NCBI GenBank assembly: GCA_910578245.1
Contig: CAJTPC010000001.1
Coordinates: 91,603 to 155,602, forward strand
Length of the DNA: 64,000 nucleotides
Direction: 5' to 3'
From: an uncultured Christensenella sp.
GTDB lineage: Bacteria; Bacillota; Clostridia; Christensenellales; UBA3700
This document shows, one piece after another, positions 1 to 9,373 of the stretch. A program made the position numbers and the translations under genes. The notes beneath the pieces were generated by a model that was given only the letters and a program-made list of their open reading frames with translations, was not told the origin of the DNA and made no database searches. Numbering within the stretch: the stretch's first letter is position 1; every line of letters begins with the position of its first letter.

Positions 1-435
1 TAATACATCGGTCCGCCTCTAAATTCGCCGTTTTTGCCCTTTTTGCGATAATAAATGCCAAGCACGTTTTCGGCAAAGTTGGTAAACATACCCACAAAAG
101 CGGACAGCCACATCCAAAATACCGCTCCCGCCCCGCCGGATAGTATTGCCGTTGCTACGCCCACGATATTGCCTGTGCCTACCGTGCCTGCTATAGCCGT
201 AGAAAATGCCTCGAATTGCGAAATGCCATCGCTCTTTTTCTTATTCTTCTTGCCTATCCCCGACAACGTCTTGCCGATAGTATTCTTTAACGCATAGGGA
301 AATTTGGTGATTTGCGTAAAACGGTTGCGTACAGTAAGATAAATACCCACTCCCAATATGAGTATTATCATGGGTATGCCCCAAAGTATATTGTCATTAA
401 TGAACACAATTATCTTTTGCAAACCGCTCTCCATT
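1..435 (-). CDS. Alanine/glycine:cation symporter (AGCS family), N-terminal 145 codons; the gene runs off the left window edge
   Basis: Reverse-strand ATG at 433-435, absent from the ORF track because the frame is open at the edge. My translation is MESGLQKIIVF...ISQFEAFSTAIAGTVGTGNIVGVATAILSGGAGAVFWMW. This matches the conserved N-terminal signature of sodium:alanine symporters as I recall it. Confidence 0.75.
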
Positions 436-762
436 GTATTAGTATCTTGCTACCTTATATTATCCATAAGAAATCTTTTGGACGCTCTTAACCGATGATA
501 GCTTACAGTACAGTATGGATATTATAACATATAATTAACGCAAAAACAATATAAGTAATAGATTTACGGCGTTTTTATATATGTTAAAATTTTAACGAGA
601 GAATATCGCAAATGTGTCGATTAACATACAACCGGCTAGATATGTGTTAGGATAAATATAATAAATTTTGACAAATTTTTATTCTATTTTTAACATAATA
701 TTTACAATTCTAATATTTAATGTTACAATCAGATTATCAAAAATATTTAGGAGGCAAAATTT

Positions 763-1107
763 ATGAAAAAGAAAGTCGTTCTTTCTGTTGCTGTTGTGCT
801 ATTGGTAGTAATGGTAGCAGTTATGTGCGTAGCTTGTACGCCTAGTCAAAAGAGTGTAATCAACAAGTTCAAAAATAAAGATTACAAACTCATTGTGGGT
901 GATGAGGATGCAAATTTAGTTACTCTTACAAAAGCAGAATCTCTGACGAGCATAAAGACAATCACTATCACTTGGTTTGAAAGTGAAGATGAAGCAAAAG
1001 AAGCTTATAACAATGCAATCAAACTCCCTGCTAACAGTGAAAAAACGGTAAAGAGAAAAGGCAATGCTGTAGCAATCGGCGATGAAGATTCAATAAAGCT
1101 GTTCTAA
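763..1107 (+). CDS. Small putative lipoprotein (114 aa), unknown function
   Basis: AGGAGG sits 8 nt upstream of the ATG. There is a hydrophobic signal ending in a Cys (VMCVAC|TPS). The C-terminal KRKGNAVAIGDEDSIKLF is shared with the next ORF. Confidence 0.6.
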   Translation: MKKKVVLSVAVVLLVVMVAVMCVACTPSQKSVINKFKNKDYKLIVGDEDANLVTLTKAESLTSIKTITITWFESEDEAKEAYNNAIKLPANSEKTVKRKGNAVAIGDEDSIKLF

Positions 1108-1223
1108 TCTTAACAAATTATTTTAACGTATTGGCGTGACTTTAGTCGCGCCTTTACTTTTCCCGCTTTACATTTTCTTTAATACGTAGTATAATATAAA
1201 TAATAAATTTCCGCGAGGTAAAA

Positions 1224-1577
1224 ATGCGCAAGACGAGCGTAATAATACTGTCTACTCTATTGATATGTTTTATAATAGTGCTTAGCGTTGGGCTTTTCTT
1301 TACCTCAACTCCCAGTGAGAGCAAAGTCACCAATAAATATCTTAAGGCCGACTATTCGCACAAGCATTTTAGCGCAGGAAGCAAGTTTTCCATACGCGTC
1401 TTTAATAAAGACGGCGTAAGTCTGTTTATTGTTTGGTATTCCAATGAAGTCTTGGCGCGAGAAGGCGTAGAAACTTTAAGCAAATATTATAAAGGTGAAA
1501 ATACTGTTATTCTAAAACGAGGCAAAGCAGTCGCATGTGGCGACAAAAACGCTATTAAAATATTTCAATTAGCATAA
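1224..1577 (+). CDS. Paralog of 763..1107; small membrane-anchored protein (117 aa)
   Basis: N-terminal TM segment. The C-terminal LKRGKAVACGDKNAIKIFQ aligns with the end of the preceding ORF. GAGG RBS. Confidence 0.55.
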   Translation: MRKTSVIILSTLLICFIIVLSVGLFFTSTPSESKVTNKYLKADYSHKHFSAGSKFSIRVFNKDGVSLFIVWYSNEVLAREGVETLSKYYKGENTVILKRGKAVACGDKNAIKIFQLA

Positions 1578-1587
1578 GGGGAAAAAT

Positions 1588-3213
1588 ATGAAACGAAACG
1601 GTATGTGTCCTGCGTGTTATATAAAAATGTTATTGACACCTAGGAAAAGAACGGCAAAGTTAGATATTGGCAAAAAATATGACAACGGCGTTGCGCTTAC
1701 TCCGCCAATGGGTTGGGCAAGTTGGAACACTTTCAAAAATAATATAGATGAAGACTTGATTTACGATACGGGCAAAGCAATGCTTGAAAAAGGCTTGCTA
1801 GACGCAGGATATAAGTTTATCAATCTTGACGATAATTGGCATTCCAATCTGCGCGATGAAAACTCGAACCTGCAGGGCGACTTGGTGCGTTTTAAGAACG
1901 GTATTCCCTCTTTAGTGGCTAAGCTCAATGACTTGGGACTTAAAGTGGGTATATATTCGTCAAACGGTACTCTCACTTGCGAAAACTTACCCGCATCACT
2001 TCACAACGAAGAAAAAGACGCGCTCAACTTTGCTAAGTGGGGAATCGAATACTTTAAGTATGACTTTTGTCATAATGAGCAATACAGTAAATACGCTCCG
2101 CTGGTATATGCTTTGGAAATAGTAAAGGTAGGAGAAAAGAAAGGCATTGTCGTAAATTGCAAAGACGCAAAACTTGACGGTCTTGCTAAGTTTATGCCCA
2201 ACAAAAATCTTGACGGCGGATATTATATCTCCGGACTTGATAAAGCTAGGGGCATAGCGACTTTTGACAGTATAAGCGTAGACGATGAGGGTGAATACGT
2301 GCTTACTGTTTGCGTCAAAAAGAAAGGCTGGTACAACAAGACTCTTGTAGCAAACGTCAACGGAGTAAATTATATCTACGAACTTCCTCACCAAAAATTC
2401 TTTAACCTGACTGCTAGATTTCAGCAAATCGTCCATCTTAATAAAGGCGTAAATAAAATACAGCTATCCAATCCCGTGACCTGCCGAGCAGACTCTTCTG
2501 CTTTACAGTATTATAAAATGGGGCAGGCGCTTAAAAACGCAACTAAGAAAGTTGCTCTCGAGAGTGGCGAAGAGGAAAAACCTATCACTTTCTCAATTTG
2601 CGAATGGGGTCTTAACAAACCGTATAAATGGGGAGCAAAAGCCGGCAATTTATGGCGCACCACTCCAGATATAAATCCAAATTGGAATTGGATAGTAATG
2701 CTTTATAAGCATACGGCAAAACTATATAAATACGCAGGCGTAGGAGGATGGAACGATCCCGATATGCTAGAAGTGGGCAACGGCAAACTTACTTATGACC
2801 AAAACAAATCTCACTTCAGCGCATGGTGTATGCTCTGCGCTCCTCTGATACTGGGCAACGACTTGAGAAGTATCAAACAAGACGTCTTAGATATAGTGAC
2901 AAACAAGAATATGATTGCCATCAATCAAGACGAACTCGGCAAACAAGCAAAAGTAATAAAAAGAAGCAACGGCGTGGATATTCTCGCCAAACCGCTATCT
3001 GGCGACAGAACGGCAATATGCGTATTCAATAAACGTAAAGGCAATAAAAAAATCACCGTCGATTTGCAAAAAATCGTAGACGATAAATACGTGGCAATGA
3101 ATCATAAAAACGAATATATCCTTACCGAACAATGGACGGGCGAAATCGTGAAAACTAATAGAAAGTTCTCTGCCTCGCTAAATAGTTATGAAACTAAGGT
3201 GTACGTAGTCTAA
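1588..3213 (+). CDS. Alpha-galactosidase, glycoside hydrolase family 27, with a large internal insertion
   Basis: GH27 motifs in order: PPMGWASWNTF, INLDDNW, IEYFKYDFC, FSICEWG, GGWNDPDMLEVGN. At 541 aa it is longer than typical GH27 enzymes. Confidence 0.8.
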   Translation: MKRNGMCPACYIKMLLTPRKRTAKLDIGKKYDNGVALTPPMGWASWNTFKNNIDEDLIYDTGKAMLEKGLLDAGYKFINLDDNWHSNLRDENSNLQGDLVRFKNGIPSLVAKLNDLGLKVGIYSSNGTLTCENLPASLHNEEKDALNFAKWGIEYFKYDFCHNEQYSKYAPLVYALEIVKVGEKKGIVVNCKDAKLDGLAKFMPNKNLDGGYYISGLDKARGIATFDSISVDDEGEYVLTVCVKKKGWYNKTLVANVNGVNYIYELPHQKFFNLTARFQQIVHLNKGVNKIQLSNPVTCRADSSALQYYKMGQALKNATKKVALESGEEEKPITFSICEWGLNKPYKWGAKAGNLWRTTPDINPNWNWIVMLYKHTAKLYKYAGVGGWNDPDMLEVGNGKLTYDQNKSHFSAWCMLCAPLILGNDLRSIKQDVLDIVTNKNMIAINQDELGKQAKVIKRSNGVDILAKPLSGDRTAICVFNKRKGNKKITVDLQKIVDDKYVAMNHKNEYILTEQWTGEIVKTNRKFSASLNSYETKVYVV

Positions 3214-3263
3214 GATCTCTCGACTACGCTCGAAATAATAAAATATTTTAATTATAAACAACT

Positions 3264-3293
3264 AAAAAGAGTGACCGTTAAGTCACTCTTTGA
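3264..3293. terminator. Hairpin terminator between convergent GH27 and lysC genes
   Basis: AGAGTGAC (3268-3275), 6-nt loop, GTCACTCT (3282-3289). A-run on the left, T-rich on the right. Confidence 0.6.
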
Positions 3294-3323
3294 TTTACTA
3301 CAATAAAGTCGTTCTTCGATAAA

Positions 3324-4643
3324 CTAATTTTGGAAAGCTTGATAAATGGCGTTGATTGCTTTCTCGTAGTCACTCGTAGCAATACCCACTATGATATTCA
3401 TTTCGCTTGAACCTTGGTCTATCATTCTGATGTTGATTTTTTCTTTAGCGAGAGCGCCAATAAGCGTAGACGCGCTACCGGGCTTGAATGACATACCGTG
3501 ACCTACTGTCGCTACCAAAGATATTCCGCTCTTGATTTCGATATGGTCAGGATTGACTACTTTCTTTATTCTCTCGACTACTACGTCTTCTTTGCCTGCA
3601 AGTTCGCTGTCGGCAATGACGATGCTCATAGTATCGATACCCGTAGGCAAATGCTCGAAAGATATATTGTAATACTCAAGTACTGCAAGTACTTTTCGGA
3701 CAAAGCCTAGCTCGCTGTTCATCATAGATTTTTCAATGTATACGATACTATAGCCTTTCTTGCCTGCTATACCTGTGATAACTCTCTTGCCAAGTTCTTC
3801 TTCGCTAAGCTCCGCTACTATCATAGTGCCGTCTGCTGTCGGGCAGAAAGTATTGCGTATATTGATTGGTATTTTGCTTATTCTTACAGGGAAAATGGAT
3901 TCGGGATGAAGTACGTTGGCTCCCATATAAGCAAGTTCGCGAAGTTCTTTATACGAGAGCGTTTCGATTGGTTTTGGATTGCTGACTATGCGCGGATCTG
4001 CCGACATAAAACCGTTGACGTCCGTCCAATTCTCGTATAGGCTTGCGCCTACCGCTCTTGCTATTACCGCGCCCGATACGTCCGAACCGCCTCTGCTAAA
4101 CGTGCGAACAATACCTGCCTCGTCACCGCCGTAAAATCCCGGTACGACTGCTCTCTCTATGCCTGCAAGCGCGCTCTTAACTTTCTCATTGGTAAGCTCC
4201 GCTTCAAAGTCGCCGTTGTCGTTGAAGACCATAATGTCCTTCGCATCAATGAAAGCGTATCCCAATACTTTAGCCATAATTACCGCCGAAAGATACTCGC
4301 CTCTAGACGCGCAAAACTCTGCGGAATCGTATTTGTACATCTCTTCTTCGACTTTGTCAAGATAACTGTCTATATCAAGATCTATTGCCAGATCGTCAAC
4401 TATGACCTTGAATCTCTCTCTTATCTTTTCAAAAGTGTCTTTGCACTCGCCGTTGATTTGCAAGTCGTGATAACATGCGTACAACATATCGGTGACCTTA
4501 TGGTCTTGCGAAAATCTCTTGCCCGGAGCTGATACAACTACGTATCTGCGCTTTTTATCCTGCTTAATGATTTCGGCGACTTTTGTTATTGACTTGGCGT
4601 CTGCCATTGACGTACCGCCGAATTTTGCCACTGTGATTGACAT
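3324..4643 (-). CDS. lysC: Aspartate kinase
   Basis: N-terminal VAKFGGTSMAD amino-acid-kinase motif. 439 aa with a C-terminal ACT-like regulatory region (ISLVATVGHGM...IRMIDQGSSEMNIIVGI). Confidence 0.85.
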   Translation of the reverse strand: MSITVAKFGGTSMADAKSITKVAEIIKQDKKRRYVVVSAPGKRFSQDHKVTDMLYACYHDLQINGECKDTFEKIRERFKVIVDDLAIDLDIDSYLDKVEEEMYKYDSAEFCASRGEYLSAVIMAKVLGYAFIDAKDIMVFNDNGDFEAELTNEKVKSALAGIERAVVPGFYGGDEAGIVRTFSRGGSDVSGAVIARAVGASLYENWTDVNGFMSADPRIVSNPKPIETLSYKELRELAYMGANVLHPESIFPVRISKIPINIRNTFCPTADGTMIVAELSEEELGKRVITGIAGKKGYSIVYIEKSMMNSELGFVRKVLAVLEYYNISFEHLPTGIDTMSIVIADSELAGKEDVVVERIKKVVNPDHIEIKSGISLVATVGHGMSFKPGSASTLIGALAKEKINIRMIDQGSSEMNIIVGIATSDYEKAINAIYQAFQN

Positions 4644-4661
4644 ATCTTACCTCTTATAACC

Positions 4662-4731
4662 TTTTTCTTATCTTGTTATTTATTATCTCTTATTTTTTAT
4701 CTCTTATCTCTTATTTCTTATTTCTTATCTA
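4662..4731 (-). repeat. About nine tandem heptanucleotide units (TAAGARA on the minus strand) in the lysC 5' leader
   Basis: Minus-strand reading: TAAGAAA TAAGAAA TAAGAGA TAAGAGA TAAAAAA TAAGAGA TAATAAA TAACAAGA TAAGAAA. The plus strand here is almost free of G. Confidence 0.7.
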
Positions 4732-4798
4732 ATATTATATATTTTATATAACATATTTTACATTGCCTTAAAGTTTTTGGCAAGCAAAAAATCGGCAA

Positions 4799-6037
4799 TT
4801 ATAAAATTACTCTACACTCAAGATAATATCTCTTGTCCTCAGCGTGTCCCATTGAGAAGGACTTACGAGGCAACACTCCTCGTCTGACGACGTAGTCAAA
4901 AAGTCCGTCCTTTTCAAGGCAAGGCATAAAGACCGCAACCGCGTTTTTCTCCTTGGCTACGCTAAGCAAATGCTCATCGCCGTGTATATAATCTATTACC
5001 ATTTCCTTATGCGTCTTGTTGTATTCGTCCATAAGATGTTGGATATCGGCTATTGCATCGCTTGCATTGGCAGATACTCTCCAAGAGTATTCCTTGTCGC
5101 CGTAGACGACTTTGACATCGCTATTTCCGCCTAGTTTGGCAAGCTCGATTCCCATATATTCCACAAACTCTTCGCCTACGCCAAAGACAGCCCTATGTAT
5201 CGGCTCGAACTTCAAAGATTCATCGTGCAGATTTACAAGCTCGCAAAGCGCATATCTGGCAGGATGAGAATAAATAGCGTCACCGCTCAACGTCTTTTTG
5301 ATATTGTTCCAGCACTCTTTTGCAGTAGCAAGCGAGTGATTGCCATCGCCTACAGCAAAAAGTATCGGCTTATCGCTTCCGTACTTCTCTACCAAAGTTT
5401 CGCTATCCAAAAGATTGTGAATTGCATCAATCACAGGCTTGCAATTCTTTATCTTGTATCCTTTGATACTTCCTCCGCCCATGTTGAGATTAAAGTCGTA
5501 GGCTAGTTCCAACTCGTTGCGACGAGCATACAACGCCTCTATAATCTTATCCTTTTTATCGTCCATAAGCATCATTATATGCGGACTTTCAAGACATGCG
5601 CCCTTACGGACTTCTATTCTTGCCGGTAGCCTTTCGACTACTGTTTTTTCAGTGGCTTTTATAAGCGCGTTGTTTTGCTCGGTGTACTCATAATCTTCAA
5701 GGTCAATCGCTATGACAAGACCTAATCTCTTTTGATTGTCGGGAGTTGTTCTCTCTACAAGTATAAAACCTTCAAATTCCTCAAATATATCGCTATGCAA
5801 ATACTTATGCATATTGTCGTTGATAGCTTTTATCCTCTCTCGTTTATTCTCCCCTTCTAAGTAAACCTCGGGGAAAATTATTCTCAGCGTTGACGGCGCT
5901 TGCGCAACCAACTTATCTACTTGCTCCCAATATGACGGCTGGGACGTAAACTGGTCGCATGCTATGACGCTCCATTTGCTTTTGTCAACGTCGGCTTTGG
6001 GTAATAAGATTTTGGGGATTGTAATCGTACTTTTCAT
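4799..6037 (-). CDS. Conserved hypothetical protein, DUF1015-like (412 aa)
   Basis: The length and a VGDGNHSLATAK motif resemble the DGHHR motif of DUF1015 proteins as I recall it. The N-terminus differs from the DUF1015 consensus I remember, so confidence is low. Confidence 0.4.
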   Translation of the reverse strand: MKSTITIPKILLPKADVDKSKWSVIACDQFTSQPSYWEQVDKLVAQAPSTLRIIFPEVYLEGENKRERIKAINDNMHKYLHSDIFEEFEGFILVERTTPDNQKRLGLVIAIDLEDYEYTEQNNALIKATEKTVVERLPARIEVRKGACLESPHIMMLMDDKKDKIIEALYARRNELELAYDFNLNMGGGSIKGYKIKNCKPVIDAIHNLLDSETLVEKYGSDKPILFAVGDGNHSLATAKECWNNIKKTLSGDAIYSHPARYALCELVNLHDESLKFEPIHRAVFGVGEEFVEYMGIELAKLGGNSDVKVVYGDKEYSWRVSANASDAIADIQHLMDEYNKTHKEMVIDYIHGDEHLLSVAKEKNAVAVFMPCLEKDGLFDYVVRRGVLPRKSFSMGHAEDKRYYLECRVIL

Positions 6038-6060
6038 ATCTTTTCCTTTTTATTTTTTTG

Positions 6061-6306
6061 CAGAAACGCGGCTTAAGCGATGCGTATAAGATTGCGTAAG
6101 CGATTGACGCATGAACTTAAGCATTTTTCTTATTCAGTTCTTCCTAGAAACGAGGCTTAAGCGACGCGTATAAGATTGCGTAAGCGATTTTTGTGATAAG
6201 AAGGATACGTATTGTCGGCGTAGCAGAGCTACGTTGGCAATGCGTAGACGATCTTAGCGCATAAATCGGTAGCAAGATTGACGCATGAACTTAAGCAGAG
6301 TTTCTG
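6061..6306. repeat. Nested palindromic intergenic repeat: a short unit (6061-6123) and a long unit (6146-6306) with a ~100-nt insertion
   Basis: Both units share GAAACG(C/A)GGCTTAAGCGA(T/C)GCGTATAAGATTGCGTAAGCGAT...ATTGACGCATGAACTTAAGCA. The whole block starts with CAGAAAC and ends with GTTTCTG. Confidence 0.7.
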
Positions 6307-6368
6307 TTATTAAAAATGCCAGACTAATAAATAGTTTGGCATTAAGATTTACTTTGTTGCTATAATAC

Positions 6369-7256
6369 TTAGTTCTTCTTAGTGTCATGCTTTTTAGCAT
6401 GCTTATCGCGTTTCTTTACTACAGACTGAGTACTTATTCTATAAATGACCTTGATTTCTTCAAGCAACTTCTCAGGAGTCATATATCTCTTTATAGTACC
6501 GCCTTGTACTACGCTTATTATACCGCTCTCTTCGCTGACAACGATAGCAAATACATCGCTTTCCTCAGTAATACCTATTGCCGCTCTGTGGCGAGTTCCA
6601 AGTTCTTTTGCAAGCGTAACTTCTTGCGAAAGAGGTAAGAAACAACCTGCGGAGATAATCCTATCTCCAAGCACTACGACTGCTCCGTCGTGCAAAGGCC
6701 CTTTGGTGCTGAATATGCTCTCCAAAAGTCCGCTGGATATAGTTGCGTCCAATGCCGTACCGGTATCAAGAATATGAGGAGGTATTTCCGTCGGCGCAAT
6801 AATAATTAAAGCTCCTACGTCGTTCTTTGCCATATTCTGACAAGCCTTGACGATCTCAGTAGCGGAAATCAAAAGCTCTTCGTCCGACGTATTGTAGTTG
6901 TACTTGGTCTTTTGACGTCTTGCCATCTTACTCAAAAATATCTTGAGGTCTGATCTATAAACGTCCACTATAGCTACTATCCAGAAAAGATTGAAATATT
7001 TCAATACGTCAATAGCTATGCTAATCTTTTCTTCCGCCAAGTTGATGTTCAAAATATAAAGAGCAAGATAAATTATTGTGTATACGGATATAATTACCGC
7101 CAAACGGTAGCTGTTACGTCTTGCAAAAAATACAAACATCATTATGGCAACAGCCAATGTCACCAAAATGTTTACTATTATCCACGCTACGTCCGACTGG
7201 CTTACATTCGCAGCCAATAAAGAATTGAGCAACTTATCTTCCTCCTTTATTTTCAC
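6369..7256 (-). CDS. cdaA: Diadenylate cyclase CdaA (c-di-AMP synthase)
   Basis: Three N-terminal TM helices plus a DAC domain with motifs VGALIIIAP, GPLHDGAVVV and LGTRHRAAIGITEESDVFAIVVSEESG. Confidence 0.85.
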   Translation of the reverse strand: MKIKEEDKLLNSLLAANVSQSDVAWIIVNILVTLAVAIMMFVFFARRNSYRLAVIISVYTIIYLALYILNINLAEEKISIAIDVLKYFNLFWIVAIVDVYRSDLKIFLSKMARRQKTKYNYNTSDEELLISATEIVKACQNMAKNDVGALIIIAPTEIPPHILDTGTALDATISSGLLESIFSTKGPLHDGAVVVLGDRIISAGCFLPLSQEVTLAKELGTRHRAAIGITEESDVFAIVVSEESGIISVVQGGTIKRYMTPEKLLEEIKVIYRISTQSVVKKRDKHAKKHDTKKN

Positions 7257-7320
7257 TATTATTATAATATAATGTTTTTTTGCAAAAATAAAGTGTTTTT
7301 ACTAAAGTTTTTGCAATAAA

Positions 7321-8772
7321 TTATACAAAAGGCTCCTCATCTTGCTCTTTTTTAGACTTTTCTTCGGTTTTTTGCTTATCTTTAGCTCCTGTATCGTCGC
7401 TTGAAGCATTGTCGGAATCAAAAGGCATTTGTATTTCTTCCCCGTCGCTTGCTTGCGTTTCCTTGGCTTTTTTAGCCTTAATATACTTGTCAAGATTTTT
7501 ATTCAAGTAATTTTTAATGACGTATGACGCCACAACCAAGCCGGCTATCAAAACTACTTTGAAAATCAAGTTTGCCAAATTCGCGCTTTTCCCACTCTGC
7601 ATTTTCCCGTTTGGCGCTTCGCTCTTTGCTACGCCAAGACATGATTTCAAAGTATTTTGGTTTGATTTATCAAGCGCAGTCAAAGTTACCCTTACGGTTT
7701 CAAAGAGTTGCGACTTGATAGCCTCCTCGCCTTTGCGCTCAATCATATTCTCTAAAGTATCGCTTTTTGTGTGATAGACGTTGTCTTTGCCTTTCATTTC
7801 GCTAAAGAGCGGATTATCGTTTATCTCCCAGTTGAGCGACAAAAAGTTGGCAGTGGGTATGCCTTTTAAGTCAAAATAGTATTGATTGGATAGCATACCT
7901 ACGTTTGTGTAACTGTATTTTGCATCTTCAGTCAAATAAAACTGACCTACGTTTCTATCTTTTGGCACTGCGGTAAGGTACCCCTCTCCGCACTTATAAA
8001 GATACTTTCCGTAAGTGTTGGCGCTTTCGCCCGTATAGATATACCAATTATCTCCTCCGCCCAACATCGCAAAGTTTAAGACAAGAGCTATTTTGTCAAG
8101 TTGGTTTCTATCTAGATTTTCGGTGTAATTCATTGCGCCTTTCCAACCGTAACATCCGCAAGTAAAAAATGCAAACGTCAAATCGTAATCCAAAGTCGAG
8201 TCCTTTAGCGCTTGAGCAAGTGTGAGTAATATCGCAACTGAAGCTCCGCTCTCATAACTGCCGTCTGCATTCCACAAATTCCCGCTTATATCGGCTTTTT
8301 CAGAATAGAGATTGTCGTATTGACATGCGAGTATAATTTCGCCGTTGCTTTTTTCTGAACCAGACTTTTTAGAAAATATGACGTTGTACCCCTGCGCGTC
8401 GGACACTTGTTCTCCGCCAAATCTCTTGATAGTCGTCTTAAAACCTTGTAAGCCTTTGATTCCATCGCTTGAATATTGGCTTTCATAACCCAAATCGCTC
8501 ATTACGCTTGCGATATATTTTGCCGAGTCAAGTTCGCCTTGCGTTCCAAAGGTCCTATTTTTAAGTTCATCTCCCGCCAGATCTTGTAAATACCCGTACG
8601 CCGTGTCTGCGATATTAAAGTCGAGAGATGCGATAACGTCGGGAATATTAACTTCCATCGTAGGAGAACTGCACCCTGCGAAAAATATCGTAACGAATAC
8701 TGTAAGTAAAACTATTGCAAAAACTAATATCTTTTTTGATTTCAACTTCTCTGCCATAATTACCTCACGCAA
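7321..8772 (-). CDS. Membrane-associated M28-like (aminopeptidase-fold) protein with a charged C-terminal tail
   Basis: N-terminal signal/lipobox-like FFAGCSS. The central ADGSYESGASVAILLTLAQAL resembles the M28 metal-ligand helix region. C-terminal TM, then a Lys/Glu/Asp-rich tail. Confidence 0.45.
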   Translation of the reverse strand: MREVIMAEKLKSKKILVFAIVLLTVFVTIFFAGCSSPTMEVNIPDVIASLDFNIADTAYGYLQDLAGDELKNRTFGTQGELDSAKYIASVMSDLGYESQYSSDGIKGLQGFKTTIKRFGGEQVSDAQGYNVIFSKKSGSEKSNGEIILACQYDNLYSEKADISGNLWNADGSYESGASVAILLTLAQALKDSTLDYDLTFAFFTCGCYGWKGAMNYTENLDRNQLDKIALVLNFAMLGGGDNWYIYTGESANTYGKYLYKCGEGYLTAVPKDRNVGQFYLTEDAKYSYTNVGMLSNQYYFDLKGIPTANFLSLNWEINDNPLFSEMKGKDNVYHTKSDTLENMIERKGEEAIKSQLFETVRVTLTALDKSNQNTLKSCLGVAKSEAPNGKMQSGKSANLANLIFKVVLIAGLVVASYVIKNYLNKNLDKYIKAKKAKETQASDGEEIQMPFDSDNASSDDTGAKDKQKTEEKSKKEQDEEPFV

Positions 8773-9373
8773 ACAATACGACGACTATCGTCGGTAACAA
8801 CATAATATTGAGAAGCAATGGTCGATACATCTTTTCTAAACCCCTTGAATAGGTAAAATAAAAGACAGCCATAGAAAGCAGAGCAAGAAGCGGAGGTATG
8901 AATACGTTCCCGAAGTTGTCCGCCAACGGATAGTAATTGAAAACGACTTGGAAAATACCAATTAATACGCTCAATAATATTATACTACCGTCAAGACAAA
9001 TCCTAAACTTGCGTATATCGAACTCTACTCCGAATACGCGCAGTTGGTTGAATACCAAAGTCGCAAAAAACCTTGCGTATAGGAAATAAAATAAGAAAAA
9101 CAACAACGCGCATATAGCCGGCAAAAGTATTTTCATTGCCAACAACATACTCTTGCCCATCGATGATATATATCCCGCAATCGATACGCCGAATATATCG
9201 GTGTACGAGGGGTCTATTACCGCCACAAAGAGCGAATTGAAATTGCGCTTGCCAAAGTAAAAAAGCGAAAAAAACATTCCCGCATATAGCAAGACTTTCA
9301 TAACTATTGTAACCCAATCGTTTTTTAATTTAGGCGTCTTTGGGCGTATGAACGCCTGGCTTTCATTTTGCAT
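8765..9373 (-). CDS. Integral membrane protein, unknown function
   Basis: 202 aa with several hydrophobic segments. Overlaps both neighbours by a few nt, consistent with an operon. Confidence 0.5.
   Translation of the reverse strand: MQNESQAFIRPKTPKLKNDWVTIVMKVLLYAGMFFSLFYFGKRNFNSLFVAVIDPSYTDIFGVSIAGYISSMGKSMLLAMKILLPAICALLFFLFYFLYARFFATLVFNQLRVFGVEFDIRKFRICLDGSIILLSVLIGIFQVVFNYYPLADNFGNVFIPPLLALLSMAVFYFTYSRGLEKMYRPLLLNIMLLPTIVVVLFA

Noticed and set aside
4644-4798. Lysine (L-box) riboswitch upstream of lysC
   Set aside because: The spacer is too short and is dominated by a heptamer repeat. I could not recognise the conserved L-box helices by eye. A cmsearch is needed to be definitive.
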